A DNA stretch of 64,000 nucleotides from positions 22,059-86,058 of the forward strand of contig CAVSZG010000002.1 in the NCBI GenBank assembly GCA_963732405.1, given 5' to 3'. The translations under genes and the position numbers were made by a program. The notes under the pieces were generated by a model. It ran no database searches, had not been told where the DNA came from, and saw nothing but the letters and a program-made list of their open reading frames with translations. The stretch is from an uncultured beta proteobacterium. GTDB taxonomy: Bacteria; Pseudomonadota; Gammaproteobacteria; Burkholderiales; Burkholderiaceae_E. Below, piece by piece: positions 18,519 to 26,999 of this stretch; the stretch's first letter is position 1, and each line of letters opens with the position of its first letter.

Positions 18519-20319
18519 TTGAAGATCACACCGACATCATTGACGGTCAACCAGCTGCTTGGTCAGACGAACGAGCGCTACATCGTCCCACCGTATCAGC
18601 GTCGTTACTCTTGGCTCGAAAGGCAGATCGGTGAGTTGATCGACGACATCTCGCTCATCGAAGCCAACGACACGCACCTGCTCGGTAGCATCGTTTGCCT
18701 AGCCGGCAGCCACGTCGCGGACCTCAATGAACTGGAAGTCGTCGACGGGCAGCAGCGGCTCACTTCAGTCAGCATCCTGCTTGTGTGCCTGAAGGAGCGT
18801 CTGCAGGCGGAGGGCCCTGCCGAGCAGTCGACGATTTCGGATATTGAGAAGCTGTCCGTCGCGAAGAGCATGGCCGGCAAGGTGGCCTCCAAGATCAAAT
18901 TGGATTCGATCGACGCCAAGGATTACGCCACGCTTCTCAAATGGCGACGCGGAAGCTGAGGTCGACAACAGGAGCTTGGCCGGCGCCTTCGCTTTCGTGC
19001 GTAAGTGGGTTGCCGATACCCCGATCGACGAGTTGAAGCGCTTCTGGTACCGCTTGGCCAACCAAGCGATAGTTATCCGCCTCGATGTCAGCAATGCCAA
19101 AGACGCGTTCAAGCTCTTTGAGACCATCAATAACCGTGGTCTTCGCCTTAGCCACACCGACATCATCAAGAATTTTCTACTTGGTAACGCTGCCCGCTTC
19201 GGTGAGCCTCAACTCACCTATGCTCGGACAAACTGGGCCAAGGTCGTGCTCAACTTGGATTGCACGGACTCGGACACTTTCTTCCGCTACTACCTGACAG
19301 CGGTCACCAACAAGCGGATCACTGCGGGCAAGGTTGTAACGCAGTTCAAGCTGCTCTTTCACACTCGAGTTAAAGAGGCGAAGAGCCTGCCGGAGCAGCA
19401 TTTATACGACTCCGCGGATGAGGCTGTCGGCGAGGAGGACGATTTCGGTGATGACGGGCAAAGCGACGATAAGGTAATACTGATAACGCACGCCGACCCA
19501 ACCAAGACCGTAACGTTCAAGAAATTCGTTTCAGTGCTTGTTGACTACTCTCGCGCTTACGGCGAGATCGTTCGAGCCAGAACCGGCGATGCTAGGATCG
19601 ATCGCCACCTGTCTAACCTGAGGATGATCAAGGCAGCACAGACGTATGGCTTCCTCATGCATCTTCGGGTCAACGGCTGCAGTGACAAAAACCTCCGTGC
19701 TGTACTGAAAATCACAGAAGGCTTCGTTCTCCGGCGCCATATCTGCAAGGAGCGATCAAACGAGACTGAGACGCTATTTGCCGGCATGTGCGCGGTTGAC
19801 GCGGCAGACCCTGTTTCGAAGACTCGGACCTACTACAGAGACCTGTGCCCATCTGACGAGAAGTTCAAAGAGGAATTCGCGAATACATCGTTCCCCGCGA
19901 ACTTGATCGAGCGTGCTAGGTACTGCCTTGAACAGATTGAACTAGCGGGCCACGGATCGCACGCCGAGCTTGCCGTCTTGGGCGGTGAGGATGTCCACGT
20001 CGAGCACATCATTCCGCAGAAGATCAAGACGCTTGCCGCCAAGGACGAATTTGGAGACTGGGTCACCTACCTGGGTGTAGCATCCGAGGCAAAGCATCAG
20101 CGGTATATATCCCGGATCGGGAACATGACACTGTTTGCCGGAGCACTGAACATCGGAGCATCAAACAATCCATTTTCTCGCAAGCAGCATGCATACAGGG
20201 ATTCAGCGATCAAGTTGACGCAAGAGCTTTGTGATTACCCGAAATTCAAATTTCCGCAGGTAGTGAGCCGATCTGAGTTGCTCGCAACCATTGCTGTGGG
20301 ACTGTGGCCTCGGCCATAG
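18519..20319 (+). pseudogene. GmrSD-like type IV restriction enzyme (DUF262 + DUF1524), frameshifted near 18935-18945
   Basis: ORF 18519..18959 has PPYQRRYSW and DGQQRLTS (DUF262). ORF 18844..20319 has FETINNRGLRLSHTDIIKNF and HVEHIIPQ...GNMTLF (DUF1524 His-Me finger). GGGAG lies before the TTG at 18519. Confidence 0.8.
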
Positions 20320-20526
20320 CCTTCAACAACATCAGTGGCATCCGAATTGTCAACTATCGTAGACGAAAGTAAATCTGGGTCTTCCTCTCTTTGTGTGACG
20401 CTACGGCATGAAGCCTTGTGCCGCACGTGGAATGCGGCTGGTCTTCGAGGTCACTTGACGCTCCGGAGCCCGATCGTTAGGCTCGTGCCTACGGCACGAG
20501 TGACAAGCGGCCGTGCTTCGGCGTAC

Positions 20527-20703
20527 TCGCGGGCCAGTACGCACTGGCTGCGGAACACGCATGCGAGTCATGCCATCGCCAACGGTGTGCCGATCGAAGT
20601 GGCGCAGGCCAGTCTTGGACACGCATCGCTGGAGACGACAACAGTTTATGTCACTACTGAGAGGGCGCGCAGGATGCGAGCGATGCAGGAGGCGATGAAA
20701 TGA
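20527..20703 (+). pseudogene. integrase C-terminal relic (paralogue of 8486..10597)
   Basis: SRASTHWLRNTHASHAIANGVPIEVAQASLGHASLETTTVYVTTERARRMRAMQEAMK is 53/58 aa identical to the end of the intact integrase by my alignment. No upstream integrase sequence remains. Confidence 0.8.
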
Positions 20704-20798
20704 TCATGCAACGCTGGTGCTGACAAATCCGATCTCTTGGATTCGGTTGTTCAAAAAGACGGTTTCGCTTTTCACTATACTTTTGCTTGCCCACGTAA

Positions 20799-21389
20799 AT
20801 GGCTACTACCGGATCCAACATCCACTGGAACTACTTTCTCGCGCTTGAGAGCGATCTTGCCAAGGTAGGACGGTATATCGAGTTCTGTGACGCAAATGGA
20901 GGAGTTTATTCGACTGAATTAGCTCGTCTTCTCTTTGCTGCCTCGTCAGAGGTCGACGTTTTGGCAAAACTGATCTGCAAGCAAATTGACCCGAGGACGA
21001 AAGCGAAGAACATCAATGACTATTGCGATGTGCTCCTGCCAGCAATACCTGACCTGCCGGATGCAACAGTAGGTCTGATGGGGTATGGCATCGGATACAC
21101 CCCATGGAAGGGTTGGGCACCCAACGCCGCCCCGATCTGGTGGAAAAGCTATAACAAAGTCAAACACAAACGTGACGCCCATTTCAATATGGCGACACTT
21201 GAAAACGCTGTTAGAGCAATGTGTGCACTCTTAATTCTGAACTATCACTATTACGCTAGAAAGTGGGCGCCAGACGGTAAGCAAATCCTTGAGCCACGGG
21301 ATACTACTAATCAACTCTATCCGGATTCTAAGCTACTCAGACTGCATCCATTTGGAGACTACTACTACAGTTCGTTGGCGGATTGGTGA
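20799..21389 (+). CDS. hypothetical protein (196 aa) in the island
   Basis: Clean ATG ORF in the low-GC region. The WWKSYNKVKHKRDAHF...LENAVRA segment is loosely HEPN-like but not a canonical Rx4-6H motif. Confidence 0.55.
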   Translation: MATTGSNIHWNYFLALESDLAKVGRYIEFCDANGGVYSTELARLLFAASSEVDVLAKLICKQIDPRTKAKNINDYCDVLLPAIPDLPDATVGLMGYGIGYTPWKGWAPNAAPIWWKSYNKVKHKRDAHFNMATLENAVRAMCALLILNYHYYARKWAPDGKQILEPRDTTNQLYPDSKLLRLHPFGDYYYSSLADW

Positions 21390-21761
21390 AAATTTGAGCC
21401 ATTTGGACTATGGGGAACGCCAACATTCTCACGAGCGTATATGTCAAAGAGAGTGATCCAAACCGCGGGAGGCGTGAATCGCGCTGCCTCGCGCATATAT
21501 GCGTATTTCAGAGCATCGTGGACGGTTGTTTCGCCGATCTTGGACGGCATTTTAGATGGACGTGGACGCAGTTTCAGGCTGATCGTGGACGACGTTCCTT
21601 TCTCGGCGGACAAGACGCCGCAACACCTGGGCGATTTCGACGTCGATCACATGGGGGGCGTGAAGCGACTGATCAGGTTCAAAGACCCGTTTCGCAACCT
21701 TGTCAGCAAGGGGCGAATTCAGCAGGAGTTCGCGCTCAGCCGAGGCATCCATGACAATCAT
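21365..21761 (-). pseudogene. vapC: VapC-type PIN toxin, probable frameshift near 21605-21620
   Basis: The N-terminus MIVMDASAERELLLNSP...SLHAPHVIDVEIAQVLRRLVRR is in one frame. LSAEKG...TVHDALKYAYMREAA...ITLFD is in another (ORFs 21552..21761 and 21365..21613). Confidence 0.55.
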
Positions 21762-21988
21762 CGAGCATCGCGTTCCGAACGGACCGAGTCGGACAGCGAT
21801 TCGCCCGCGTCGTACCTTGCGCGGGAAGCCATACGGTCACGTAGTTCCGCCGGGCTTGGACGATTCGCCAGCGCCTGGACTTCCCGCAACAGGAAATCGG
21901 ACAGCGACAAGCCTTCAAGCGCCGCCTTGGACTTGAGCTTTCGATGCACATCCTCGGGTACGTGGCGGATTTTTATCATTGTTCCCAT
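21758..21988 (-). CDS. vapB: ribbon-helix-helix (FitA/VapB-like) antitoxin
   Basis: MIKIRHVPEDVHRKLKSKAALEGLSLSDFLLREV is the typical RHH N-terminus. Its stop overlaps the vapC ATG (ATGA). Confidence 0.75.
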   Translation of the reverse strand: MGTMIKIRHVPEDVHRKLKSKAALEGLSLSDFLLREVQALANRPSPAELRDRMASRARYDAGESLSDSVRSERDAR

Positions 21989-22011
21989 GCAAAAAAAATA
22001 GTCCTTGCATG
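21986..22011. repeat. 7-bp inverted repeat (catgcaa N12 ttgcatg) overlapping the vapB start; possible operator
   Basis: The repeat is read directly from the sequence. The operator function is only inferred. Confidence 0.25.
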
Positions 22012-22133
22012 TTTTGAGAGCATGCCAACGAAGTCAATCAGTCAATTATTTGACATAATAACCATTATGCGAAGTCAGCGAGACGCCAAAGCAAGCCGGT
22101 CACCCCGATCGTTCGGCCCGACATGAGCTCGAA

Positions 22134-22562
22134 TCACTCGTACACCGGAATCGGCTGCAGATCCGGTTGCACGAAGCGCTGGCGTGCTTGCGGCCCGAAC
22201 AGTACCTCGTGCGAATAATGGGTGTGCATGATCGACGTATCGAGCAGCCTCGCATCATGCGCACAAAACTCATCGAAGGAGCCGGCTGCCGGACAGCGTT
22301 GCATGAAATGCCGCACGGCCAACATCCAGGCCGCCGTCAGTGTCTCGTGATACTTGTCCGGGTCGATGCGATGGCGCATCAGGAACTGCAGGATGGATTC
22401 GCGCATCTGCTGATGGGCACGGTCGTCCGTCGACTCGCATAGATAAACATAAGCAAGGCGCAGATGGTCGCGATGATGGAATCGATCCGTGCCGATCCGG
22501 CCCGCTTCGAAGTCATCGCGAAACCCTCGATCCTCGCTCGAACATTGCATGCGATCGTTCAT
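22134..22562 (-). CDS. hypothetical protein (about 142 aa)
   Basis: This is the C-terminal part of ORF 22134..23129 (MNDRMQCSSEDRGF...YHETLTAAWMLAVRHFMQR...). The upstream extension is antisense to the desaturase and looks spurious. Confidence 0.5.
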   Translation of the reverse strand: MNDRMQCSSEDRGFRDDFEAGRIGTDRFHHRDHLRLAYVYLCESTDDRAHQQMRESILQFLMRHRIDPDKYHETLTAAWMLAVRHFMQRCPAAGSFDEFCAHDARLLDTSIMHTHYSHEVLFGPQARQRFVQPDLQPIPVYE

Positions 22563-22604
22563 ACCGGCTCCTTGACATGGTTGGTGCTGAGCTACCATGT
22601 TGCC

Positions 22605-23555
22605 ATGCCACCCGTGAGTCGCGTGCGTCCACTTGATGTGTTTGCCGGTGCCGACCTGGCCGCACTGCGTCGGGTGTCGCGCTGGCGTGGGCTCGCCCTG
22701 GTCCTGCATGCCTGGCTGGTCGTGCTGACCGTGCTGGCGCTCGCGACCTGGGCCGACAGCCTGCTGGCGGGTTTGCTGGCCGTGCCACTGATCGGTGGTC
22801 GTCAACTCGGTCTGGCCATCCTGATGCACGAGGCCGCTCACGGCTTGCTTCATCCCGACCGGCGCATCAACGAGTTCGTTGGCAAGTGGCTGTGTGCGGT
22901 ACCGGTGGGCGCCGACCTGGCCGCCTATCGCCGCTACCATTTTGAGCATCACCGGTTCACCCAGCAGCCCGAGGATCCGGATCTGGTGTTGTCTGCGCCG
23001 TTCCCGACCACGCCGGCGAGTCTGGGCCGCAAGTTGTGGCGGGACCTGTCCGGCCAGACCTTTTTTCGACAGCGGATCGCCCGCAGCGGCGCCACCATGG
23101 GTCAGACGCCGGCTCGCGATCAGACCCAAGACAAAACGCCGGCGATCAGCCAGGTCGATCGGGATTTCCTGCTGTTTAATCTGGGTCTGTCTGCCCTGCT
23201 CTACGCGATCATGGGTCCGTGGTCGGTGCTGCTCTGGTGGCTGGCCATGATCACCTGGATGCAGTTGGCGCTACGCATCAGGAACATTGCGGAACACGCC
23301 TGTACCGCGACCGGGGATGATCCGTTTTCGCACGCACGGACCACGACGGCGGGCTGGGTCGCGAGGGCGCTCGTGGCGCCCTATTTCGTGAACCATCATG
23401 CCGAACACCATCTGTTTACGTTCATGCCGTGTTATTCACTGCCCCGCGCGCATGGCTTGCTGAAGGCAGCTGGGCTGACCGACCGTATGACCATTGCGCC
23501 TTCTTATGGGGCGGTGCTCAGGCAGGTAACGCGTCCGTTGGAGATGCCATCCTGA
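22605..23555 (+). CDS. membrane fatty-acid desaturase family protein
   Basis: Three His boxes are present: HEAAHG, HFEHHRF and HAEHHLF. The start is set at MPPVSRV. Confidence 0.85.
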   Translation: MPPVSRVRPLDVFAGADLAALRRVSRWRGLALVLHAWLVVLTVLALATWADSLLAGLLAVPLIGGRQLGLAILMHEAAHGLLHPDRRINEFVGKWLCAVPVGADLAAYRRYHFEHHRFTQQPEDPDLVLSAPFPTTPASLGRKLWRDLSGQTFFRQRIARSGATMGQTPARDQTQDKTPAISQVDRDFLLFNLGLSALLYAIMGPWSVLLWWLAMITWMQLALRIRNIAEHACTATGDDPFSHARTTTAGWVARALVAPYFVNHHAEHHLFTFMPCYSLPRAHGLLKAAGLTDRMTIAPSYGAVLRQVTRPLEMPS

Positions 23556-24097
23556 GACTGCTCGATGCAGAATCGTCGGTGCTGGTGCTGGTCGACTATC
23601 AGAGCCGGCTCATGCCCGTGATCCATGACGGCTCGACGGTGCTCGCTCAGGCGCTGCATTTGGCCAATATCGCGCGCGACCTGGGCGTGACCACGATCGG
23701 TACCGAACAGAATCCGGACGGCCTGGGCCGAAATCCGGTGGATATTCGTGCCTGTTGTGCCGTCACGCTGGCCAAGCGCCATTTTGATGCCTGTGCCGAC
23801 GGCTTGCTCGACGCGATGTCGTCTCATGCACCGGCGCGCCCGCGCGATGTGGTCATCGCCGGCTGTGAGGCCCATGTGTGCCTGCTGCAAACCGCGATGG
23901 GCCTGCTCGATGCTGGCCGGCGGGTCTGGGTGGTGGCACCGGCCTGTGGATCACGCGACCCGGCCAGTCATGCGCTGGCCATGCAGCGCCTGCAGGCTGC
24001 CGGTGCGAGCATCGTCAACACCGAGATGATGGCCTTCGAATGGCTGCGCAGTTGTGATCATCCGAAGTTTCGCCAGGTGTTGCAGCGCTTGAAATGA
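23429..24097 (+). CDS. isochorismatase-family hydrolase (start uncertain)
   Basis: SSVLVLVDYQSRLMPVI...VVIAGCEAHVCLLQTAMGLLDAG. The annotated GTG overlaps the desaturase 3' end, so the true start is probably nearer 23540. Confidence 0.75.
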   Translation: MLFTAPRAWLAEGSWADRPYDHCAFLWGGAQAGNASVGDAILRLLDAESSVLVLVDYQSRLMPVIHDGSTVLAQALHLANIARDLGVTTIGTEQNPDGLGRNPVDIRACCAVTLAKRHFDACADGLLDAMSSHAPARPRDVVIAGCEAHVCLLQTAMGLLDAGRRVWVVAPACGSRDPASHALAMQRLQAAGASIVNTEMMAFEWLRSCDHPKFRQVLQRLK

Positions 24098-24123
24098 GCC
24101 CGTCCGCAGTGGACGGCACGCAT

Positions 24124-24873
24124 TCAAGGCGGCCCGACCGGCCCCGGACCCGTCAACGTCATCAGCATGTCGGCATACCACGCACAGTTCAGGCCCAGGG
24201 CCTCGTCGAGTTCCAGATCGCGTGAACCCACGTCCAGGCGCGCCGAATGCACGCCCAGCAGCATCCAGGGCAAGGCCTGATGTTTCGTGCCCGGCCGCTC
24301 GATTCGCATGACCACGGGCGCGCCACTCGTCCCGCGATGGGTGCGGGCATCGGTCAGGAAGTAACCTTCGCCCTGGAAACGCAGGCCGAAGGCCGAGGCG
24401 ATGATCGCCTGCCTGGCCACGGGCATCCGGTTGAGCGTGTCGTGAAAGCCCAATGGAAAGCCGACGATCAGCAAGGGCGTGCCGATGCCGACCTGGTCGA
24501 GCCGGTCCAGCAGGTGATCGGGCGTGAACGGGCGGTTGACCATGGTCTCGGGCAAGGCAGTTCGATCGATTTCCAGCGCGGCGACATCGACTTCGCCCGA
24601 GGAATCGGTACCCTGGCGCCATTGGCTGCGTCCGTCGCGGTACAGCGGCATGGAGAACAAGGTGGTCGCCGCCTGATTGTCCCGATCCAGGTGCAACTCG
24701 ATCTCGAGGCGGTTCGGAAAATGCTGGCCGGGTTCGTCATGCACCACATGGCGGCTGGTGACCAGAAACAACTTATCATCGCGCTCGAACAGGAACCCGC
24801 TCGCATTGGTCAGGCCCTGGTCGCCATTGAAGGTCAGGACCCGTGTGGCGCTCAGCAAGATGGATTCGATCAT
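24124..24873 (-). CDS. trypsin-like (S1/Trypsin_2) serine peptidase, no signal peptide
   Basis: SRHVVHD (His), a later Asp, and THRGTSGAPVV (Ser). The start is at MIESILLS (ATG at 24873). Confidence 0.8.
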   Translation of the reverse strand: MIESILLSATRVLTFNGDQGLTNASGFLFERDDKLFLVTSRHVVHDEPGQHFPNRLEIELHLDRDNQAATTLFSMPLYRDGRSQWRQGTDSSGEVDVAALEIDRTALPETMVNRPFTPDHLLDRLDQVGIGTPLLIVGFPLGFHDTLNRMPVARQAIIASAFGLRFQGEGYFLTDARTHRGTSGAPVVMRIERPGTKHQALPWMLLGVHSARLDVGSRDLELDEALGLNCAWYADMLMTLTGPGPVGPP

Positions 24874-24992
24874 CGGCCAATCATACCTGCGTGGGTGTGC
24901 ATCGGTCCGATGTTTCGCAGCAATCGGGTCGGTGGTTCTTGGTATGCTGATCGAATCGGGCGATTGACCTCGCCCCTGGAGGAGAGACCTTC

Positions 24993-25571
24993 TTGCCAAC
25001 CAATGCCGACGCCGACCCACCGCGCAAAGCCGATTCGCCCCACGAAACGGCCGCGGGCGCGTCGACGGGTTCGCCAGGCGGCCTGCACCGCCGTCTCTGG
25101 CGAATCGTTGACTACACCGCCCTCTTGATGGCGGCACTGGCGGCACTGAGTCTGCTGGCTCTGCTGCTCACAATAGCACTCACGACGATTGCCCGCGCGG
25201 CATTCGATCAGCCGCTCTCCGAAGTCGACACCCTGATGCAGATGATGCTGGTGATGATCGTGTCCGGGTCGATTGCCTTCGGTGCGCGTCATGGTGCCCA
25301 TGTTCATCTCGATCTGCTCGGGCTGCTGGCCAGCGACCAGGCCTTGCGACCGGTGGACTTGTTCAGTCGGCTGCTCGGCACCCTGGTGGTCGGCGCCCTG
25401 GCCTGGGCACTCTGGGTCCAGAGCGGCTGTCAGAGCGACTGCACGGAGTTTGCAGGCATCACCATCGCTCATGCGCCGTTTTACCGTGTGCTCGCCATTG
25501 GTATCGCCTGCTATGCCGCCATGTTGTTCGCCGAATTGTTGTCCCTGGCAAGCCCGGATCGTCATGCGTAA
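24993..25571 (+). CDS. TRAP transporter small permease (DctQ-like)
   Basis: Four-helix hydrophobic profile. It lies immediately upstream of a DctM-type gene. Confidence 0.7.
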   Translation: MPTNADADPPRKADSPHETAAGASTGSPGGLHRRLWRIVDYTALLMAALAALSLLALLLTIALTTIARAAFDQPLSEVDTLMQMMLVMIVSGSIAFGARHGAHVHLDLLGLLASDQALRPVDLFSRLLGTLVVGALAWALWVQSGCQSDCTEFAGITIAHAPFYRVLAIGIACYAAMLFAELLSLASPDRHA

Positions 25572-25583
25572 GGGCATCCGGGC

Positions 25584-26903
25584 ATGACCCAGGGTACGGT
25601 CGGCCTGATCGGTTTTGTCCTGCTCGGCCTGTTGCTGTTGCTGCGCGTACCGATCGGCACTGCGCTACTCATGGTTGGTGCCGGCGGATTGTCGGTGTTG
25701 CATCCGCACGGGCTGACCGGCGCGCTGGACACGGCGGCGGGCGGTGCGTTGTCGGCGGCAACGCTGTATCTGTTGTGCATCGTGCCCTTGTTCAATCTGC
25801 TCGGCCAACTCGGGTCGGTGTCGGGCATGAGTCGCGATCTGTATGACGCGGCCCGGGTCTTGCTGGGGCCGCGTCGGGGCGGCGTCGCCATGGCGGCGAT
25901 CGTGGGCTGTGCGGGTTTCTCGGCGCTCACCGGGTCGTCGCTGGCCGCCACCGCCACGCTTGGCCGCATCGCCCTGCCCGATATGCATCGTGCCGGTTAT
26001 GACGATTCACTGGCCTGTGGCACCGTGGCTGCCGGTGGCACGCTGGGTATCCTGGTGCCGCCTTCGATTGCCCTGGCCGTTTATGCCGTCGTGACCGGTC
26101 AGGCGATCGAGCCCTTGTATGTCGCCGGACTGTTGCCCGCCTTGCTGCTCACCGGGGCATTCATCATCGTGATCCTGATGACGCTCAATCAGCACCCCGA
26201 GCGAGCGCCGATCGTGTCCGGCGCGATCACCCCGACCGAATCGAGAGCGGCTCTGCGGCGGGTTCTGCCGGTGACTGGCATCGTGAGCTTCATGATCGTG
26301 GGCATCGTGCTGCACTGGTTCGATGCCGTGTTCGCCACCGGGTTGGGCGCATTGCTGGCCCTTGCCGTGTGTGTCGCCCGTGGCAAGGCGCAGCGTCGGG
26401 TCATCGTCGAGGTGCTGGCACAAACATTGCGCGCGAGCGCCACCAGCTTCTGGCTGGTGATCGGTGCATTTGCCTTCATACCGTTTCTGACCACGACGGG
26501 CCTGCCCGGGCAACTGAGCCAGTGGGTGCTGGTCAATGGCTACGCGCCGGTCGGGGTGTTGCTGGTCTGCGTGTTGCTGCTCATCCTGCTCTCCATGGTC
26601 ATCGATGGCCTGAGCATCCTCGTGCTGTTCCTACCCATGGTTTTGCCGACCCTGATCGCCCTTGATGTCGATCTGATCTGGTTCGGCATCGCGACCGTGA
26701 TCACACTCGAGATGGGTTTGATCGCGCCGCCATTCGGCATCAACCTGTTCGTGGTTCAAGGCCTGGCACCGAGACTCGACACGGCGGGGCTGTATCGAGG
26801 GGTGCGCGGTTTCTGGCTGGCCATGCTGGTCTGCCTGCTTGCGCTGCTGGCTTTCCCACAGATCGTGATCTGGCTCCCGGGGCTGATGCTGCCGCCACCC
26901 TGA
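25584..26903 (+). CDS. TRAP transporter large permease (DctM-like)
   Basis: 439-aa polytopic protein with GPRRGGVAMAAIVGCAGFSALTGSSLAATATLG, a DctM hallmark. Confidence 0.9.
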   Translation: MTQGTVGLIGFVLLGLLLLLRVPIGTALLMVGAGGLSVLHPHGLTGALDTAAGGALSAATLYLLCIVPLFNLLGQLGSVSGMSRDLYDAARVLLGPRRGGVAMAAIVGCAGFSALTGSSLAATATLGRIALPDMHRAGYDDSLACGTVAAGGTLGILVPPSIALAVYAVVTGQAIEPLYVAGLLPALLLTGAFIIVILMTLNQHPERAPIVSGAITPTESRAALRRVLPVTGIVSFMIVGIVLHWFDAVFATGLGALLALAVCVARGKAQRRVIVEVLAQTLRASATSFWLVIGAFAFIPFLTTTGLPGQLSQWVLVNGYAPVGVLLVCVLLLILLSMVIDGLSILVLFLPMVLPTLIALDVDLIWFGIATVITLEMGLIAPPFGINLFVVQGLAPRLDTAGLYRGVRGFWLAMLVCLLALLAFPQIVIWLPGLMLPPP

Positions 26904-26999
26904 CCATCGAACGCCGGGTGCGGATCGGACCGTCTGTTGTTCGCGCTAGACTTCGGACTCGGACTCCGCGAATCCCGGAGTCGATTGCCCTGCCACACG

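Noticed and set aside
21441-22001. 186-aa plus-strand ORF.
   Set aside because: It is antisense to the vapB/vapC pair, which has clear family signatures and a coupled ATGA junction.
22563-23129. N-terminal 190-aa extension of ORF 22134..23129.
   Set aside because: It is antisense to the fatty-acid desaturase with its three His boxes and is low-complexity Gln/Gly/Arg-rich. Only the last 142 or so codons look like a real protein.
24098-24116. 6-bp hairpin (ccgtcc gcagt ggacgg) between convergent genes.
   Set aside because: The stem is too short and has no U-tract, so I do not report it as a terminator.
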